Of a stretch of 64,000 nt of DNA, positions 19,174 to 29,847 are shown piece by piece. Below the pieces are notes generated by a model. That model ran no database searches, was not told the origin of the DNA, and saw nothing but the letters and a program-made list of their open reading frames with translations. The translations under genes were made by a program, and so were the position numbers. The stretch's first letter is position 1. Each line of letters opens with the position of its first letter. This stretch comes from a virus, in IMG/VR virus record IMGVR_UViG_3300031552_000003, positions 11,422 through 75,421 of that record. The stretch is one strand, 5' to 3'.

Positions 19174-19602
19174 ATGAGTAATGCTATAACAGGGGTAGGT
19201 ACTATATTTCGCAGGTGGAATGGTTCTGCCTGGGAGAATATTGCTGAAATTAATTCGATTAACGGTCCTGGTATGTCAAGAGATACAATTGATGTGACTT
19301 CTCTTGATTCTACCGGGGGGTATCGTGAATTTATCGCGGGTTTTCGTAATGCTGGGACAGTAACTCTTGCAATGAATTTTACAAGGGATACGTATGATCT
19401 GATGAAAACAGATTTTGAGGATGATGATTTACAAAATTACGAAATAGTTCTGCCAGATGTTGAAAATACCACGTTGGAATTTGAAGGTTTGGTAACTGAA
19501 TTGCCATTATCTATATCGGCAGATGATAAAATTACTGCGGATGTGACACTTCAGATAAGCGGACAAGTAACGGTTAATTCCGGGGCAAGTTCTGGTGTAT
19601 AG
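19174..19602 (+). CDS. Major tail tube protein
   Basis: RDTIDVTSLDS..YREFIAG; LQISG; strong SD AAGGAGGT. Confidence 0.9.
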   Translation: MSNAITGVGTIFRRWNGSAWENIAEINSINGPGMSRDTIDVTSLDSTGGYREFIAGFRNAGTVTLAMNFTRDTYDLMKTDFEDDDLQNYEIVLPDVENTTLEFEGLVTELPLSISADDKITADVTLQISGQVTVNSGASSGV

Positions 19603-19658
19603 GTTAAAGAATTATCTAATCAAGGTATTTTATTGTTAAATTTTAAAAATAACTAATC

Positions 19659-20084
19659 ATGAATATATTAAACAGAGAAAATTTATTAAAAAAAGAAAAA
19701 CTTGAAATCGAACAAGTTGATTTAGGAAATGATGAACACGTATTTGTTCGCCAAATGACTGGCAGGGAGCGTGACCGGTTTGAACAATCTTTGCTTAAAG
19801 AAATAAAGGACAATAAAGGGGATGTTGTGAGTTATGATCGTTCATTGGAAGATTTTAGGGCAAAATTAGCTGTTGTTACACTTTGTGATGAAGAAGGGAA
19901 ATCTTTGTTACGTCCGGAAGATTATACTATTCTTAGTCAAAATATGAGTGCCAAACGATTGGAAGCAATTGTTAATGTAGCACAACGTTTAAATAAAATA
20001 TCAGATGATGATAAAAAAGCTTTGGTAAAAAACTCCGAAGCCGGCCTGGACGACAATTCCAGTTCCGGCTGTGCCGAGAATTAG
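19659..20084 (+). CDS. Tail assembly chaperone (gpG-like)
   Basis: VFVRQMTGRERDRFE; ends near a slippery VKN site. Confidence 0.85.
   Translation: MNILNRENLLKKEKLEIEQVDLGNDEHVFVRQMTGRERDRFEQSLLKEIKDNKGDVVSYDRSLEDFRAKLAVVTLCDEEGKSLLRPEDYTILSQNMSAKRLEAIVNVAQRLNKISDDDKKALVKNSEAGLDDNSSSGCAEN
20027..20033 (+). other. -1 programmed ribosomal frameshift site A AAA AAC
   Basis: In-frame X XXY YYZ heptamer; the -1 frame is open (LRSRPGRQFQFRLCRELG...) into the 20108 ORF. Confidence 0.85.
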
Positions 20085-20482
20085 GGTTTGCTCATCCAGA
20101 TATACTTTTGGATGAGCTTACTTCTGTTCAAATAAGTGAATGGGAAGCCTATGATAAAATAGATCCTATTGGTACTTGGAGAGATGATTTTAGAATGGCT
20201 AATTTAGCTGCTATAATTACAAACATTGTAAATTGTTTATATTCAAAGAAAGGATCACAGCTAAAGTTAACCACTCCATTAGATTTTATGCCTGATTGGA
20301 GTAATGACAAAAAAGAAGTTTCTATAAAACAAAGTCCGGAAGAAATGAAAGAATCTCTTTTAAGATTTGTAAAAATACATAATAAAAAAATAGAAAGTCT
20401 AAAAACAAGCAGGGTTCCAAAACAAACAAGAAAAAAAAGAAACGATGAACATAGGAACAATGACAGCAACCCTGGGGGTTAA
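20033..20482 (+). CDS. Tail chaperone frameshift extension (gpT-like, DUF4035-like)
   Basis: EWEAYDKIDPIG..RDDFRMA, PLDFMP; ORF-track TTG start at 20108 has no RBS. Confidence 0.8.
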   Translation, partial: LRSRPGRQFQFRLCRELGFAHPDILLDELTSVQISEWEAYDKIDPIGTWRDDFRMANLAAIITNIVNCLYSKKGSQLKLTTPLDFMPDWSNDKKEVSIKQSPEEMKESLLRFVKIHNKKIESLKTSRVPKQTRKKRNDEHRNNDSNPGG

Positions 20483-23387
20483 TACAGCAGGGTTGCAAAT
20501 GGCAGAAGCAGCAATGCAACGTTTTCAACAAAAAGCGAATATTTCAATGGCAAATGTTACTAAAACTCTTGATAAAACAGGGCGGAATATGTATTATTTT
20601 GGAACTGCTGCCGGAAGATTTTTAACATTGCCATTAGCATTGGCCGGGGTTGCTGCTTTTAAAGCTGCAAAGGATTTTGAAAGTTCCATGCAAAAAATTG
20701 TTGGTTTAGTTGGTGTTGCACAAACACAGGTAAATGAATGGCGCCAGGAATTGTTAAAATTAGGGCCTGAAATAGGCAAAAGCCCTAAAGAATTGGCGGA
20801 AGCTTTGTATTTTATAACATCATCAGGGTTTAAAGGTGCAGAAGCAATGACGATATTGACTGAATCTGCAAAAGCTGCTGCTTCTGGTTTAGGTGAAGCA
20901 AAAGATATAGCTGATTTAGCTACCTCTGCGATGAGTGCTTACAAAAGTTCAGGGTTAACAGCAAGCCGTGTAATGGATGTATTAACTGCTGCTGTACGTG
21001 AAGGGAAAGGGGAAGCATCAGAGTATGCAAAACAAATGGGTGATGTTATTCCAATAGCATCTAAAATGGGGGTTAGTTTTGATCAAGTAGCATCAGCAAT
21101 GTCTGCTGTTAGTTTAACAGGGACAGGGGTAGCTGAAGCTTCTACGCAGATAAAACGAATATTAATTTCATTACTAAAAGTAACACCACAAGCAGAGAAG
21201 GCTCTTAATGACATGGGGACTTCCGGACAGGAAATGCGGGATATATTTAGAAATCAAGGAATGCTTGAAGGATTGATAAAGTTAAACAAATTGTTTAATA
21301 AATTTGGGGAGGATATGGTAGGGAAAGTATTTCCAAATGTTCGGGCATTACTTCCTGTTTTATCATTAACAGGTGATCGTTTAAATGATAATATAAAATT
21401 GTTTAAAGCTGTGGATGAATCTTTAGGAAGTGCAAAAACAGCATATGAAGTTACAGCTAATACTATTGAGCGAAAATACAATAAAGCATTGGCTTCTGCT
21501 CAAAGTTCCATGATTACTTTTGGAATGGCGTTGAAAGGTCCGATTGCTTCTTTTCTTGAAGGGTTTTCAAATAAAATACAAAGTTTAACAAATTGGTTTA
21601 GCAATCTTACTAAATATCAGCAAGAATGGGTATTTCAAATAGGAGTTACTGTTGCAGCAATAAGTCCTTTAACTATTGCATTAGGATTAATGATGAGGGG
21701 GCTTAGTGGGATAGCTGCTATTGTGACTTGGTTAAGTGCTAATCCTATTGTAATAGCAGGGGCAATAGCTGCTACGGCTATAGCTATGGCAGCTCATTTA
21801 ATAATAATAACTAATACAAATAAGGAATTACAAACATATTCTGAAAAATTAGAAGATTTAGGTGGAAGTACAAAATCTTTTACAGATATGTTAAACAAGG
21901 AAACAGCACAAATTTCATTATTGTTTTCTACATTAAAAGTAAGTAACAATAGTTTAAATGTGCGAAAAGCATATGTTGATGAAATAAATAAAAAATATAA
22001 AGATTATTTACCTAATTTACTTTCTGAAAAAACAACATTAAATGAAATAAATGAAATTGAAGCTAAATTGATAGATAATATAAGAGCAAGAATGGCTGCA
22101 CAATTTGAAAGTAAAAAGATAACTGCCATTTTAGATCAGCAAATAGAAAGAGAAAGTGAAATGCTAAATTACTTATCTTCTGCAAAAGTTCCGTTAGCAG
22201 TTTGGGTAGCTGCTTTTGAAGAAGCTTATTCTAATGTAACTAAATTTGGGAGGGCATATGCTGAATTTTTTGACCCTGAAGGAAATAAAATAGGAGAATA
22301 TACAAAAGATATTGATGCTTTGGCTAAAATACTGAATATAGAACCAAAGTTATTGACAGGTACTTATTTTGAAAATATGCGAGGAAAATTTACTCCAGTT
22401 TTTGATGATTTAATTGCATATAGATTACAAGATACTAAAGCAATAGAGCGCACAAAACAAGCAATGAAGGAATATATTTCTTTAATTGAAGAATCTGTAA
22501 AAACTTCTGAAAAAGGAAAAGGTGGAAAGGGTAAAAAAGAAATAGATTATTCAACCATGTTTGGAAATCCAAAAGAGGCTTTAGAATGGTATCAAAAGGA
22601 ATTAGACAAAGCTAAATATTTTAAATTTGAAATGCCTGAATTTGAAGAAACTGATTATACAAATTTTTTTAAAAAAATAGGAGATTCTGCTACACCTTTA
22701 GAAAATTTAAACAATCAGCTTGCTCGCATTGCTTTGCATAATTCTTTAGTTGCAGATTCTTTTGATAGCACTTCTTTAGCTTCAAAAACATTAAGTGAAC
22801 AAATTGCTTTTACACAACAATCATATGATGCATTATTTGAGTTATATCCAATGGGAAATGAGTTATTGCAAATACGTATTGATAAATTAAAAGAATTAAA
22901 AGAAGTTCAAGAAAAATCAAATAGAGCAGCAGAAATAGGAAGTACAGTTGCAAGAGAATTTTCACAAGCATTGCAAGGAAATATTGAAGATGCACAAGAT
23001 TTAGGTAATGCTTTGCGTAGAGCTGCTATAAATGCGATTGCAGCATATATAGCCGAAGCAGTAGTATATAATGCTAAAAATGCGATAACAACTTCTAAAA
23101 ATCCTTATACAGCATTGATTAAAGCTGCTGCTATTTCTGCGGCTACACGAGCATTATTAGAAGGGATTGTGCCTAAATTAGCAGAGGGTGGAGAAGTTCC
23201 TCCCGGATACCCAGCAGACACATATCCAGCATTGCTTACATCAGGGGAAATAGTAACACCCCCAGGTAAACTACCATCTATAGAAAATCAAAGTTCTTCA
23301 ATGAATGGTGAGGTTGTATTTCGTATTGATGGATATGAGTTAGTAGGGATTCTTAAAAAATATGATCAAAAATTAAGCAAAATATAA
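20445..23387 (+). CDS. Tail tape measure protein
   Basis: 980 aa, Ala-rich and helical; TP901-type core (AAKDFESSM); hydrophobic segment; LAEGG near C-terminus. Confidence 0.93.
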   Translation: MNIGTMTATLGVNTAGLQMAEAAMQRFQQKANISMANVTKTLDKTGRNMYYFGTAAGRFLTLPLALAGVAAFKAAKDFESSMQKIVGLVGVAQTQVNEWRQELLKLGPEIGKSPKELAEALYFITSSGFKGAEAMTILTESAKAAASGLGEAKDIADLATSAMSAYKSSGLTASRVMDVLTAAVREGKGEASEYAKQMGDVIPIASKMGVSFDQVASAMSAVSLTGTGVAEASTQIKRILISLLKVTPQAEKALNDMGTSGQEMRDIFRNQGMLEGLIKLNKLFNKFGEDMVGKVFPNVRALLPVLSLTGDRLNDNIKLFKAVDESLGSAKTAYEVTANTIERKYNKALASAQSSMITFGMALKGPIASFLEGFSNKIQSLTNWFSNLTKYQQEWVFQIGVTVAAISPLTIALGLMMRGLSGIAAIVTWLSANPIVIAGAIAATAIAMAAHLIIITNTNKELQTYSEKLEDLGGSTKSFTDMLNKETAQISLLFSTLKVSNNSLNVRKAYVDEINKKYKDYLPNLLSEKTTLNEINEIEAKLIDNIRARMAAQFESKKITAILDQQIERESEMLNYLSSAKVPLAVWVAAFEEAYSNVTKFGRAYAEFFDPEGNKIGEYTKDIDALAKILNIEPKLLTGTYFENMRGKFTPVFDDLIAYRLQDTKAIERTKQAMKEYISLIEESVKTSEKGKGGKGKKEIDYSTMFGNPKEALEWYQKELDKAKYFKFEMPEFEETDYTNFFKKIGDSATPLENLNNQLARIALHNSLVADSFDSTSLASKTLSEQIAFTQQSYDALFELYPMGNELLQIRIDKLKELKEVQEKSNRAAEIGSTVAREFSQALQGNIEDAQDLGNALRRAAINAIAAYIAEAVVYNAKNAITTSKNPYTALIKAAAISAATRALLEGIVPKLAEGGEVPPGYPADTYPALLTSGEIVTPPGKLPSIENQSSSMNGEVVFRIDGYELVGILKKYDQKLSKI

Positions 23388-23391
23388 CAAC

Positions 23392-25491
23392 ATGGCATAC
23401 GGGTTAAAATATGAATGTTTATTATATCCTTTTGGAACAGAAGAAGAGGTTTATCTCCGTATTTATGAAGATGAATATTCCGGGGGATCTTCTGCTTTAA
23501 CAATTGCTAAAGATGGTATCAGCATTATGATGGATAAAACAGATTATTTTGATTCTATTGTTTCAGTTAATGCAGAAATTCAAATTATAAATGATTTAGA
23601 TGATTTTTTTGAATTAGATACTTTATTTTCAGTAAATGATTTTCAATATTATGTAAAAATTGTAGGAGGAACAGCAACATATTTTGAAGGGTATATTCCA
23701 TGTGATACTATAGAACAAACCTTTTTGCCAAAAGGGACAGTTATTATAAATGCTTCTAACAATTTAAAAAGATTAGACGGGTTTATTCCAACAATGTTTA
23801 CATATAGAACAACATATACTTTGATTAGTATTATCAAACACTGTTTATCATTTACCGGATTGTCTTTGCCTATTTATGTAAATTGTTCGTTGTATGAATG
23901 GCAAGCTGATTCAGGGTATGTGTATTCTACAGCAGTATATTCTGTTTTTGAAAAATATATACATTCTGATTTGTTTTTAAAAAATGACAATGAATATCAA
24001 GATTGTTTAACTATTTTAAAAAGTATTTTAGAATCATTTGATTGTAAAATTTATTATTGGGATGAAAAATGGTATATTGAACGTGTAAAAGATTTGGGAC
24101 ATTCAACAAAACATTATGTTGTTTATTTAACAAACGATACAGGAACGGTTGCTAATGAAACTAATACTTTATATGAAACAGGCAATACAAATACAAAATT
24201 AAGGTACACTGCACGATCACAAAAAATTTCATATATTCCGGGGGCAAAACAAATTCGTATAAATTTAAATGAAAAATTAAAAATCAATTTATTAAATTAC
24301 TATTATGATAATTTAATTGTAAATAGTGGAGATTATGCAGAAAATTTTCAACCTACTTATTTAACATGGGAAGTTGATAAAAATACAATTTATGATAATA
24401 AATATAATATTTATAATATGTCAAATGAAGTAGAACTGTATAATAATTCACAAAATTTTACAACATATTGGACACATTTTGAATGGTATATTCTTGCTAC
24501 AACAGCTTCTTATTATTATACAGCTCTTAGAGAATCTATATCTGGTGTATATACAAGATTTAGATTTATTATGAATGAAGAAGGTGATACAAATATGACA
24601 ATTAAATTTAAATTTAAACTTCCACAAGATTTATTAGAAAATGAAAAACTTCAATATTTTATATCAGACAGAAATTTACATCCAAATAATCATATTTTTT
24701 ATGTGAGATTTTTTTTACGTGAAGATTTTTATGGAAGTGGGGGATTTGTTGTATATGACCGGGATAATGGGAAATATGAAATGGTTTTTAGAGATGATAT
24801 TATAGGTTGGCCAACAGTGGATCCTTTAATAATAGTAAAAGAAATTTCCTTTGATAATTTCACACACCCAGAATTTTTTCAATCAGAAGTAGAAATAACT
24901 ATTCCAATTTCTGATTTTTCAGAAAATTTACAAAGTACTTCTCCTACATTTTTATTTGGATTATGTCAATTAGGATACTCTGGACCACCAGATGTTCAAA
25001 TTTTTGATCCTATTGATACTGGGAGATATATGGAAGCGGGTTGTGCTATAAAAAAATCAATTTATGGAGATGTTGTAATTAGTGTAAATGAAGATGTAGG
25101 TGATAATGTTCATACTGGGGGAGTTTCTACTAATTTTGTAAATACATTAGAAGTTGGAATGGTTTTGTATGATGGGGTTTCTTCTAATGTATTAAATTCA
25201 ATAATAAAAGCAGATGGTTTCAGTATAACTACACAATGGGAAGATGCTTTTAGCCAAGCTCATTTACCATTAGTTAAAAAATCAATAGAAGATCGTTATC
25301 AAATTTATAATAAAGTTAGGCATGAAATAAATAGTGATTTTTTTTATGGGATATTAAAACCATTTAGTTTAGTGGATGCTCAATATTTTGATAATAATTT
25401 TTATGTAAATGGTTATCGGTATAATTTAGCTTCAAAAAGTTATTCTAATTTGAATTTAAAAGAATATGTAGATGATGATGATGTATCTTAA
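23392..25491 (+). CDS. Tail tip/hub protein
   Basis: MAYGLKY start; ILESFDCKIYYWDEKWYI; follows tape measure gene. Confidence 0.6.
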   Translation: MAYGLKYECLLYPFGTEEEVYLRIYEDEYSGGSSALTIAKDGISIMMDKTDYFDSIVSVNAEIQIINDLDDFFELDTLFSVNDFQYYVKIVGGTATYFEGYIPCDTIEQTFLPKGTVIINASNNLKRLDGFIPTMFTYRTTYTLISIIKHCLSFTGLSLPIYVNCSLYEWQADSGYVYSTAVYSVFEKYIHSDLFLKNDNEYQDCLTILKSILESFDCKIYYWDEKWYIERVKDLGHSTKHYVVYLTNDTGTVANETNTLYETGNTNTKLRYTARSQKISYIPGAKQIRINLNEKLKINLLNYYYDNLIVNSGDYAENFQPTYLTWEVDKNTIYDNKYNIYNMSNEVELYNNSQNFTTYWTHFEWYILATTASYYYTALRESISGVYTRFRFIMNEEGDTNMTIKFKFKLPQDLLENEKLQYFISDRNLHPNNHIFYVRFFLREDFYGSGGFVVYDRDNGKYEMVFRDDIIGWPTVDPLIIVKEISFDNFTHPEFFQSEVEITIPISDFSENLQSTSPTFLFGLCQLGYSGPPDVQIFDPIDTGRYMEAGCAIKKSIYGDVVISVNEDVGDNVHTGGVSTNFVNTLEVGMVLYDGVSSNVLNSIIKADGFSITTQWEDAFSQAHLPLVKKSIEDRYQIYNKVRHEINSDFFYGILKPFSLVDAQYFDNNFYVNGYRYNLASKSYSNLNLKEYVDDDDVS

Positions 25492-25503
25492 ACTAATATA
25501 ATT

Positions 25504-28236
25504 ATGGCAGGAGAAATTTCATATAATGCATATCGAAGAAATAATTATGATGAAAAAGAATATTACTCTATGATTGGTGGATATTCAGGAAGTGGTGTTT
25601 TAGGTAATTATTTATTAAAAACAGGGGATACTGCTACTGGAAGTTATACGTTTGATACAGATACATTATTTATTGATGCGGACAATCATGCAATAGGTAT
25701 GGGTATAGGTTCTGATTCCCCGGGTTCTTTATTAGATATGGAAGGGGCCTTGACTGTTCGTGGAATTTCTGCTCCTGGACTTTCTTCTGCGGGACAAGGT
25801 ATTCTTTATTTTGATGTTACTTCCAATGTTTTTAAAATATCTGAAAATGGAGGAACTTACAAAAATATATTTGGTGGATATTGGACTGCAAATGAGAATG
25901 ATATTTATAATAATAATTCTGGTGGAGTTGGGATTGGAATAAATTCTCCTATAGGAATGTTGCATCTTAATGGAGATGCGGAATTTTCAGGTAATGATTT
26001 GGTGATTCAAAATAGCTCTAATAACTGTGGTTTAACTATAATAAGTGATGTGAGTTGTTATGTTTATTATAAAATTTCAAGTACTATAGGCGCTGCAATA
26101 GGTATAGAAAGTAATGGTAATCTACGATTTTGGAGAAATTACTCAGGATGGGTAGAATCCATAACATTACAAAATACATCTGGTAATGTAGGAATAAATA
26201 ATTCGGATCCAGCTTTTACATTAGATGTAGATGGTACGGGGTATTTTACAGGTGAAGTTCTTTTAGAAGATAATATAGGCAGTGATACTTTTTTTAGTGG
26301 ATTTGGAGGAAGTGGGTGGAGGTTAGATGCAGATTCTTCGGGAGTAAATACATTATCTGTTGATAATTTATATGTTCGTAAAGCAATGAATGTTTATGAA
26401 CTTATAATTAATCAAATACGTGCTACAAATGGTTCTTTATGGGTGAGTGATTCTGTAAAAATTACAAATTTTGAATTAGCTCCATATTATGATGATCCTC
26501 CTGGTTCAGGAACAGGATATACAGTTTATATAGATACAGAAAATTTTACATATTCATCATTACCAATTCATCCCGGAGATTTTTTGAGGTGTCAAAAATG
26601 GACTGGTTCCGGGGTTAAATATTATACTGCCCATATAGATGCAGTGAATAAGACTGGTCCTACATATTATGATTATTTTAACATGCATATAATAGATGGT
26701 GCGGGAATTCCTGAAATTGGAGATGTTCTTGTTCGCATAGGGCATGGGTATGATACAAATAGACAAGGAGCTATCTATTTAACTGCAAGTGACACAAATG
26801 CCCCTTATATTGATATTTTAGATGGTGTGGATGGTGCTTCTTTTGCAGGTAAAACAAAAGTTCGTTTAGGACATTTAGCAGGTATTACTGATGCAGATTT
26901 TGGAGGAACTTTAAGTGGGTATGGTTTATACGCGAGTAATGCTTATTTAAAAGGTGAATTGATTATGGTGGCAAATTCATCTAAAAGTGGCATTCCTGAA
27001 TCATATAACTTTCAAAGTTCATCAGATGGCTGGCAAATTGCATATGGGACAAAAACTGAAAATACAAATACGATAACAATTGAATCAACATATACTACAA
27101 ACCCTGTTGCATTGTTTAGGCACAACCTGTATTTTCCGGGAAAATCATTACATATTTTACAAGTACGAATAAAAAGGATAACGGATGGTAGTAACTGGGT
27201 TGGTAAATGTTATTATAAAACAAGTGGACATGATTATACAGATAGTTATTATAAATCATTTAATGAGAGTGATATTACAACTGAATGGGGATCACTTTGT
27301 TTAGACATGTCTGAATTAACCGCAGGAGGAACAGATTTTATTGATAATACTATATTATCATTATATTTCTTTTTCGGATATGATGATGGTGGGGGTGTTC
27401 CTGATAAATATGAGATTGATCAAATTGTTATAGGTGATGGCACAAATTGGGGGGCAGTAAAAGGTATTCCTTCTATGTTAGAACCACCAACTGGTACTGG
27501 TTTATTTTTATCTGCTACTCACATGGGATATTATACAGCAAGTGCATGGAAAACTTATATGGATAATGCTGGAAATATGGTATTAGGTGATTATGCTGGA
27601 GGTAATGCAGGATTGTATTGGGATCAAAGTGGGGCTGCATTAAATATACGAGGAATTATTCGTGCAACATCTGGTGATATAGGTGGTTGGACAATAAACA
27701 GTGCATATCTTGCAAAAGATACAGGCACAGATGCTACAAGTGCAGGAATGGCCCCTACTGATTATCCTTTTTATGGAGGGGCTACTTATGCGAATAGGGC
27801 AACAGCCCCTTTTAGAGTAACTAATGCTGGGGTTTTAACAGCATCTGATGCTTTAATAACAGGAACATTACAAACTGGGGCATCTGGAAAAAGAGCAGTG
27901 TTAAGTGGTGTTGATAATAATATGCTTTTTTATGGAACGGATGGTAGTTTAATTACTATTGATGATAGTTTACTCACAGATGATACTCATTGGGAAGCTG
28001 AACCTGGTATAAAAATCGAAGGTACAAGCTATTTTTCATACCCATCATGTTTAGTATCTTCTATGGTTTTTGAAATGCTAAATTACACTTATAGTCATCA
28101 ATTTTATGTGAAGACAAATGATACATATTTAGAAATATATGCAAAAGATATGTATCATTATACTGGTGGAAATGGGAATGTAAAAAATTTATGTATAGAT
28201 ACTGTAACAGGAAGAATTATGTGTAATTTTTCTTAA
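25504..28236 (+). CDS. Tail fiber / receptor-binding protein, mosaic
   Basis: VGIG..P fiber repeats; VDNLYVRKAMNVYELIINQIRATNGSL segment typical of Bacteroidota phage tail proteins; putative beta-sandwich insert; GDIGGWTI repeats. Confidence 0.7.
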   Translation: MAGEISYNAYRRNNYDEKEYYSMIGGYSGSGVLGNYLLKTGDTATGSYTFDTDTLFIDADNHAIGMGIGSDSPGSLLDMEGALTVRGISAPGLSSAGQGILYFDVTSNVFKISENGGTYKNIFGGYWTANENDIYNNNSGGVGIGINSPIGMLHLNGDAEFSGNDLVIQNSSNNCGLTIISDVSCYVYYKISSTIGAAIGIESNGNLRFWRNYSGWVESITLQNTSGNVGINNSDPAFTLDVDGTGYFTGEVLLEDNIGSDTFFSGFGGSGWRLDADSSGVNTLSVDNLYVRKAMNVYELIINQIRATNGSLWVSDSVKITNFELAPYYDDPPGSGTGYTVYIDTENFTYSSLPIHPGDFLRCQKWTGSGVKYYTAHIDAVNKTGPTYYDYFNMHIIDGAGIPEIGDVLVRIGHGYDTNRQGAIYLTASDTNAPYIDILDGVDGASFAGKTKVRLGHLAGITDADFGGTLSGYGLYASNAYLKGELIMVANSSKSGIPESYNFQSSSDGWQIAYGTKTENTNTITIESTYTTNPVALFRHNLYFPGKSLHILQVRIKRITDGSNWVGKCYYKTSGHDYTDSYYKSFNESDITTEWGSLCLDMSELTAGGTDFIDNTILSLYFFFGYDDGGGVPDKYEIDQIVIGDGTNWGAVKGIPSMLEPPTGTGLFLSATHMGYYTASAWKTYMDNAGNMVLGDYAGGNAGLYWDQSGAALNIRGIIRATSGDIGGWTINSAYLAKDTGTDATSAGMAPTDYPFYGGATYANRATAPFRVTNAGVLTASDALITGTLQTGASGKRAVLSGVDNNMLFYGTDGSLITIDDSLLTDDTHWEAEPGIKIEGTSYFSYPSCLVSSMVFEMLNYTYSHQFYVKTNDTYLEIYAKDMYHYTGGNGNVKNLCIDTVTGRIMCNFS

Positions 28237-28262
28237 TTTTTACTAATCAAATAAATATAAAT

Positions 28263-28559
28263 ATGAAAATTAAAATTAATGAATGTTTAAAAGGAGTTGA
28301 TGGGGTTAGTCCTATTGTGGAAAAAGAAATTGTATTAACTTTAAAAGAGGTGTGCATTGCAGCAGTGTTAACCCCAATGGAAGGAGAAGATCAAAAGAAA
28401 AAATTTGAGAAGTGGGAAATTTACAAAAAACTCCGGGACAGTGTAGAAACTGTTGAATTGTCCGTAGAAGAAATATCTGCAATTAAAGCTTCAATAGGTA
28501 AGTTTTATCCACCTTTAATTTTGGGACAAAGTTTTGAAATGTTGGAACAAATTATCTAA
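28263..28559 (+). CDS. Hypothetical protein (tail fiber chaperone candidate)
   Basis: Last gene of the late operon. Confidence 0.5.
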   Translation: MKIKINECLKGVDGVSPIVEKEIVLTLKEVCIAAVLTPMEGEDQKKKFEKWEIYKKLRDSVETVELSVEEISAIKASIGKFYPPLILGQSFEMLEQII

Positions 28560-28584
28560 CATATATTTTGCATAGACTTTTTAT

Positions 28585-28620
28585 AAAAATCCCGACACTG
28601 TGATAGTATCGGGATTTTTT
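28585..28620. terminator. Bidirectional intrinsic terminator
   Basis: AAAAATCCCGA...TCGGGATTTTTT hairpin between convergent operons. Confidence 0.85.
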
Positions 28621-28957
28621 ACATTACTCGTTTCCATTCAAATCCAGCGCATGTTTTTTTAATCCCTCTAACTGTATTATTTAAAGCCCCTTTAGTTACA
28701 CCCATAGCTTTTGCAGCAACAGTACCATTTCTCCATGTTTTTATTACTTTACCATCTTTTATTTGAGCTACTTTTTTACCAATGTGCCTTTCCATACGGG
28801 CGTGCTCATGTCCAATAGTGTAAACAATATTTAAATAATATTTTAAATAGCGTATAGGAACATAATGATCAATAGTAGGTGTATAATCTTCTGTTGAAAG
28901 GATGCTTCTTTTACGCATTTCTAAAAGTATCTTATCTATTAATTCATCTTGTTGCAT
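28619..28957 (-). CDS. NUMOD1-type DNA-binding domain protein
   Basis: KVAQIKDGKVIKTW...AAKAMG...CAGFEWK. Confidence 0.65.
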   Translation of the reverse strand: MQQDELIDKILLEMRKRSILSTEDYTPTIDHYVPIRYLKYYLNIVYTIGHEHARMERHIGKKVAQIKDGKVIKTWRNGTVAAKAMGVTKGALNNTVRGIKKTCAGFEWKRVM

Positions 28958-29584
28958 TTATTTTAAGTATTTTACTTTGGATATTTTATTTTTGATACTT
29001 ATTTCAAATACTTTATCAGCTGTTTCAATAATATCTTCACGTGGAATTCTTTCATCACTAACAGTGATTATCTGCATACCTATGCGTTTAGATATTTCTT
29101 TTATCATTTCAAGTACCCTTTTGTTTGGTTCGACCCCTTTTAAATGCTTGAAAGGCTCATCTAATAATATAATCGGGCTTGTATGTGGTACTTGCATTGT
29201 CCATGATGCTACACGTAAAGCAAATGCAGCCACGTCAACTGCCCCTACACCGGAAGCAGTTTTTGGATTGACAATGTTTCCATCCCTGTTAAAAGAAAGG
29301 TCACATTCTGTTTTATTTCTGCGTTGGACAAAATCTACTTCTAAAGAATATGGTTCCGGAAAAACGCTCTCAAGTGCAAGAGAAGTAATGTCAGATATAT
29401 GTACAGAAAGTTGTTCCTGTGTTTTTAGGCCCACTTCTCGTATAATTTCTCGTGCTTGTTCATGTTTATGCAAATCACGTTTTTTTTCTTTTATTTCAAT
29501 TTTGAGAGAAGAGATATTTTTTTGTATCTGATTTTTTTGGCCCTTCAACCTTTCCAAGGAATTTCTCAGGTTTTTTACGTCCAT
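28958..29584 (-). CDS. Rad50/SbcC-like ATPase, C-terminal half
   Basis: Coiled coil, ASGVG signature, IILLDEPF Walker B. Confidence 0.8.
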   Translation of the reverse strand: MDVKNLRNSLERLKGQKNQIQKNISSLKIEIKEKKRDLHKHEQAREIIREVGLKTQEQLSVHISDITSLALESVFPEPYSLEVDFVQRRNKTECDLSFNRDGNIVNPKTASGVGAVDVAAFALRVASWTMQVPHTSPIILLDEPFKHLKGVEPNKRVLEMIKEISKRIGMQIITVSDERIPREDIIETADKVFEISIKNKISKVKYLK

Positions 29585-29661
29585 GTGGAATTAATTTTAT
29601 TAGAAATATTAAACTTTTAAAAAAATAAGCAATTAAATATAGAATAGGAATTGCAATTGCT

Positions 29662-29847
29662 TTAAGTACATTTTTCATGTTTTTGTTTTTTTTGAACATT
29701 AAAAGAAATGTTATGTACATTAAAATCATCTAATCTATTTGCGGGCAGTTCAACAGCACCAATAATCCTAACATCAGATCGACTAAGTAAATGTATTAAC
29801 ATCAATTTAAGTTCTTTGTTTTTTAAAATTCCTGTTGTATTTTTCAT
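29662..29847 (-). CDS. Hypothetical protein
   Basis: ORF coupled to neighbours. Confidence 0.35.
   Translation of the reverse strand: MKNTTGILKNKELKLMLIHLLSRSDVRIIGAVELPANRLDDFNVHNISFNVQKKQKHEKCT

Noticed and set aside
25504-28236. Diversity-generating retroelement target
   Set aside because: No reverse transcriptase and no template/variable repeat pair seen
28902-29531. 209-aa plus-strand ORF and other antisense ORFs in the track
   Set aside because: Shadows of well-supported genes on the opposite strand; no motifs
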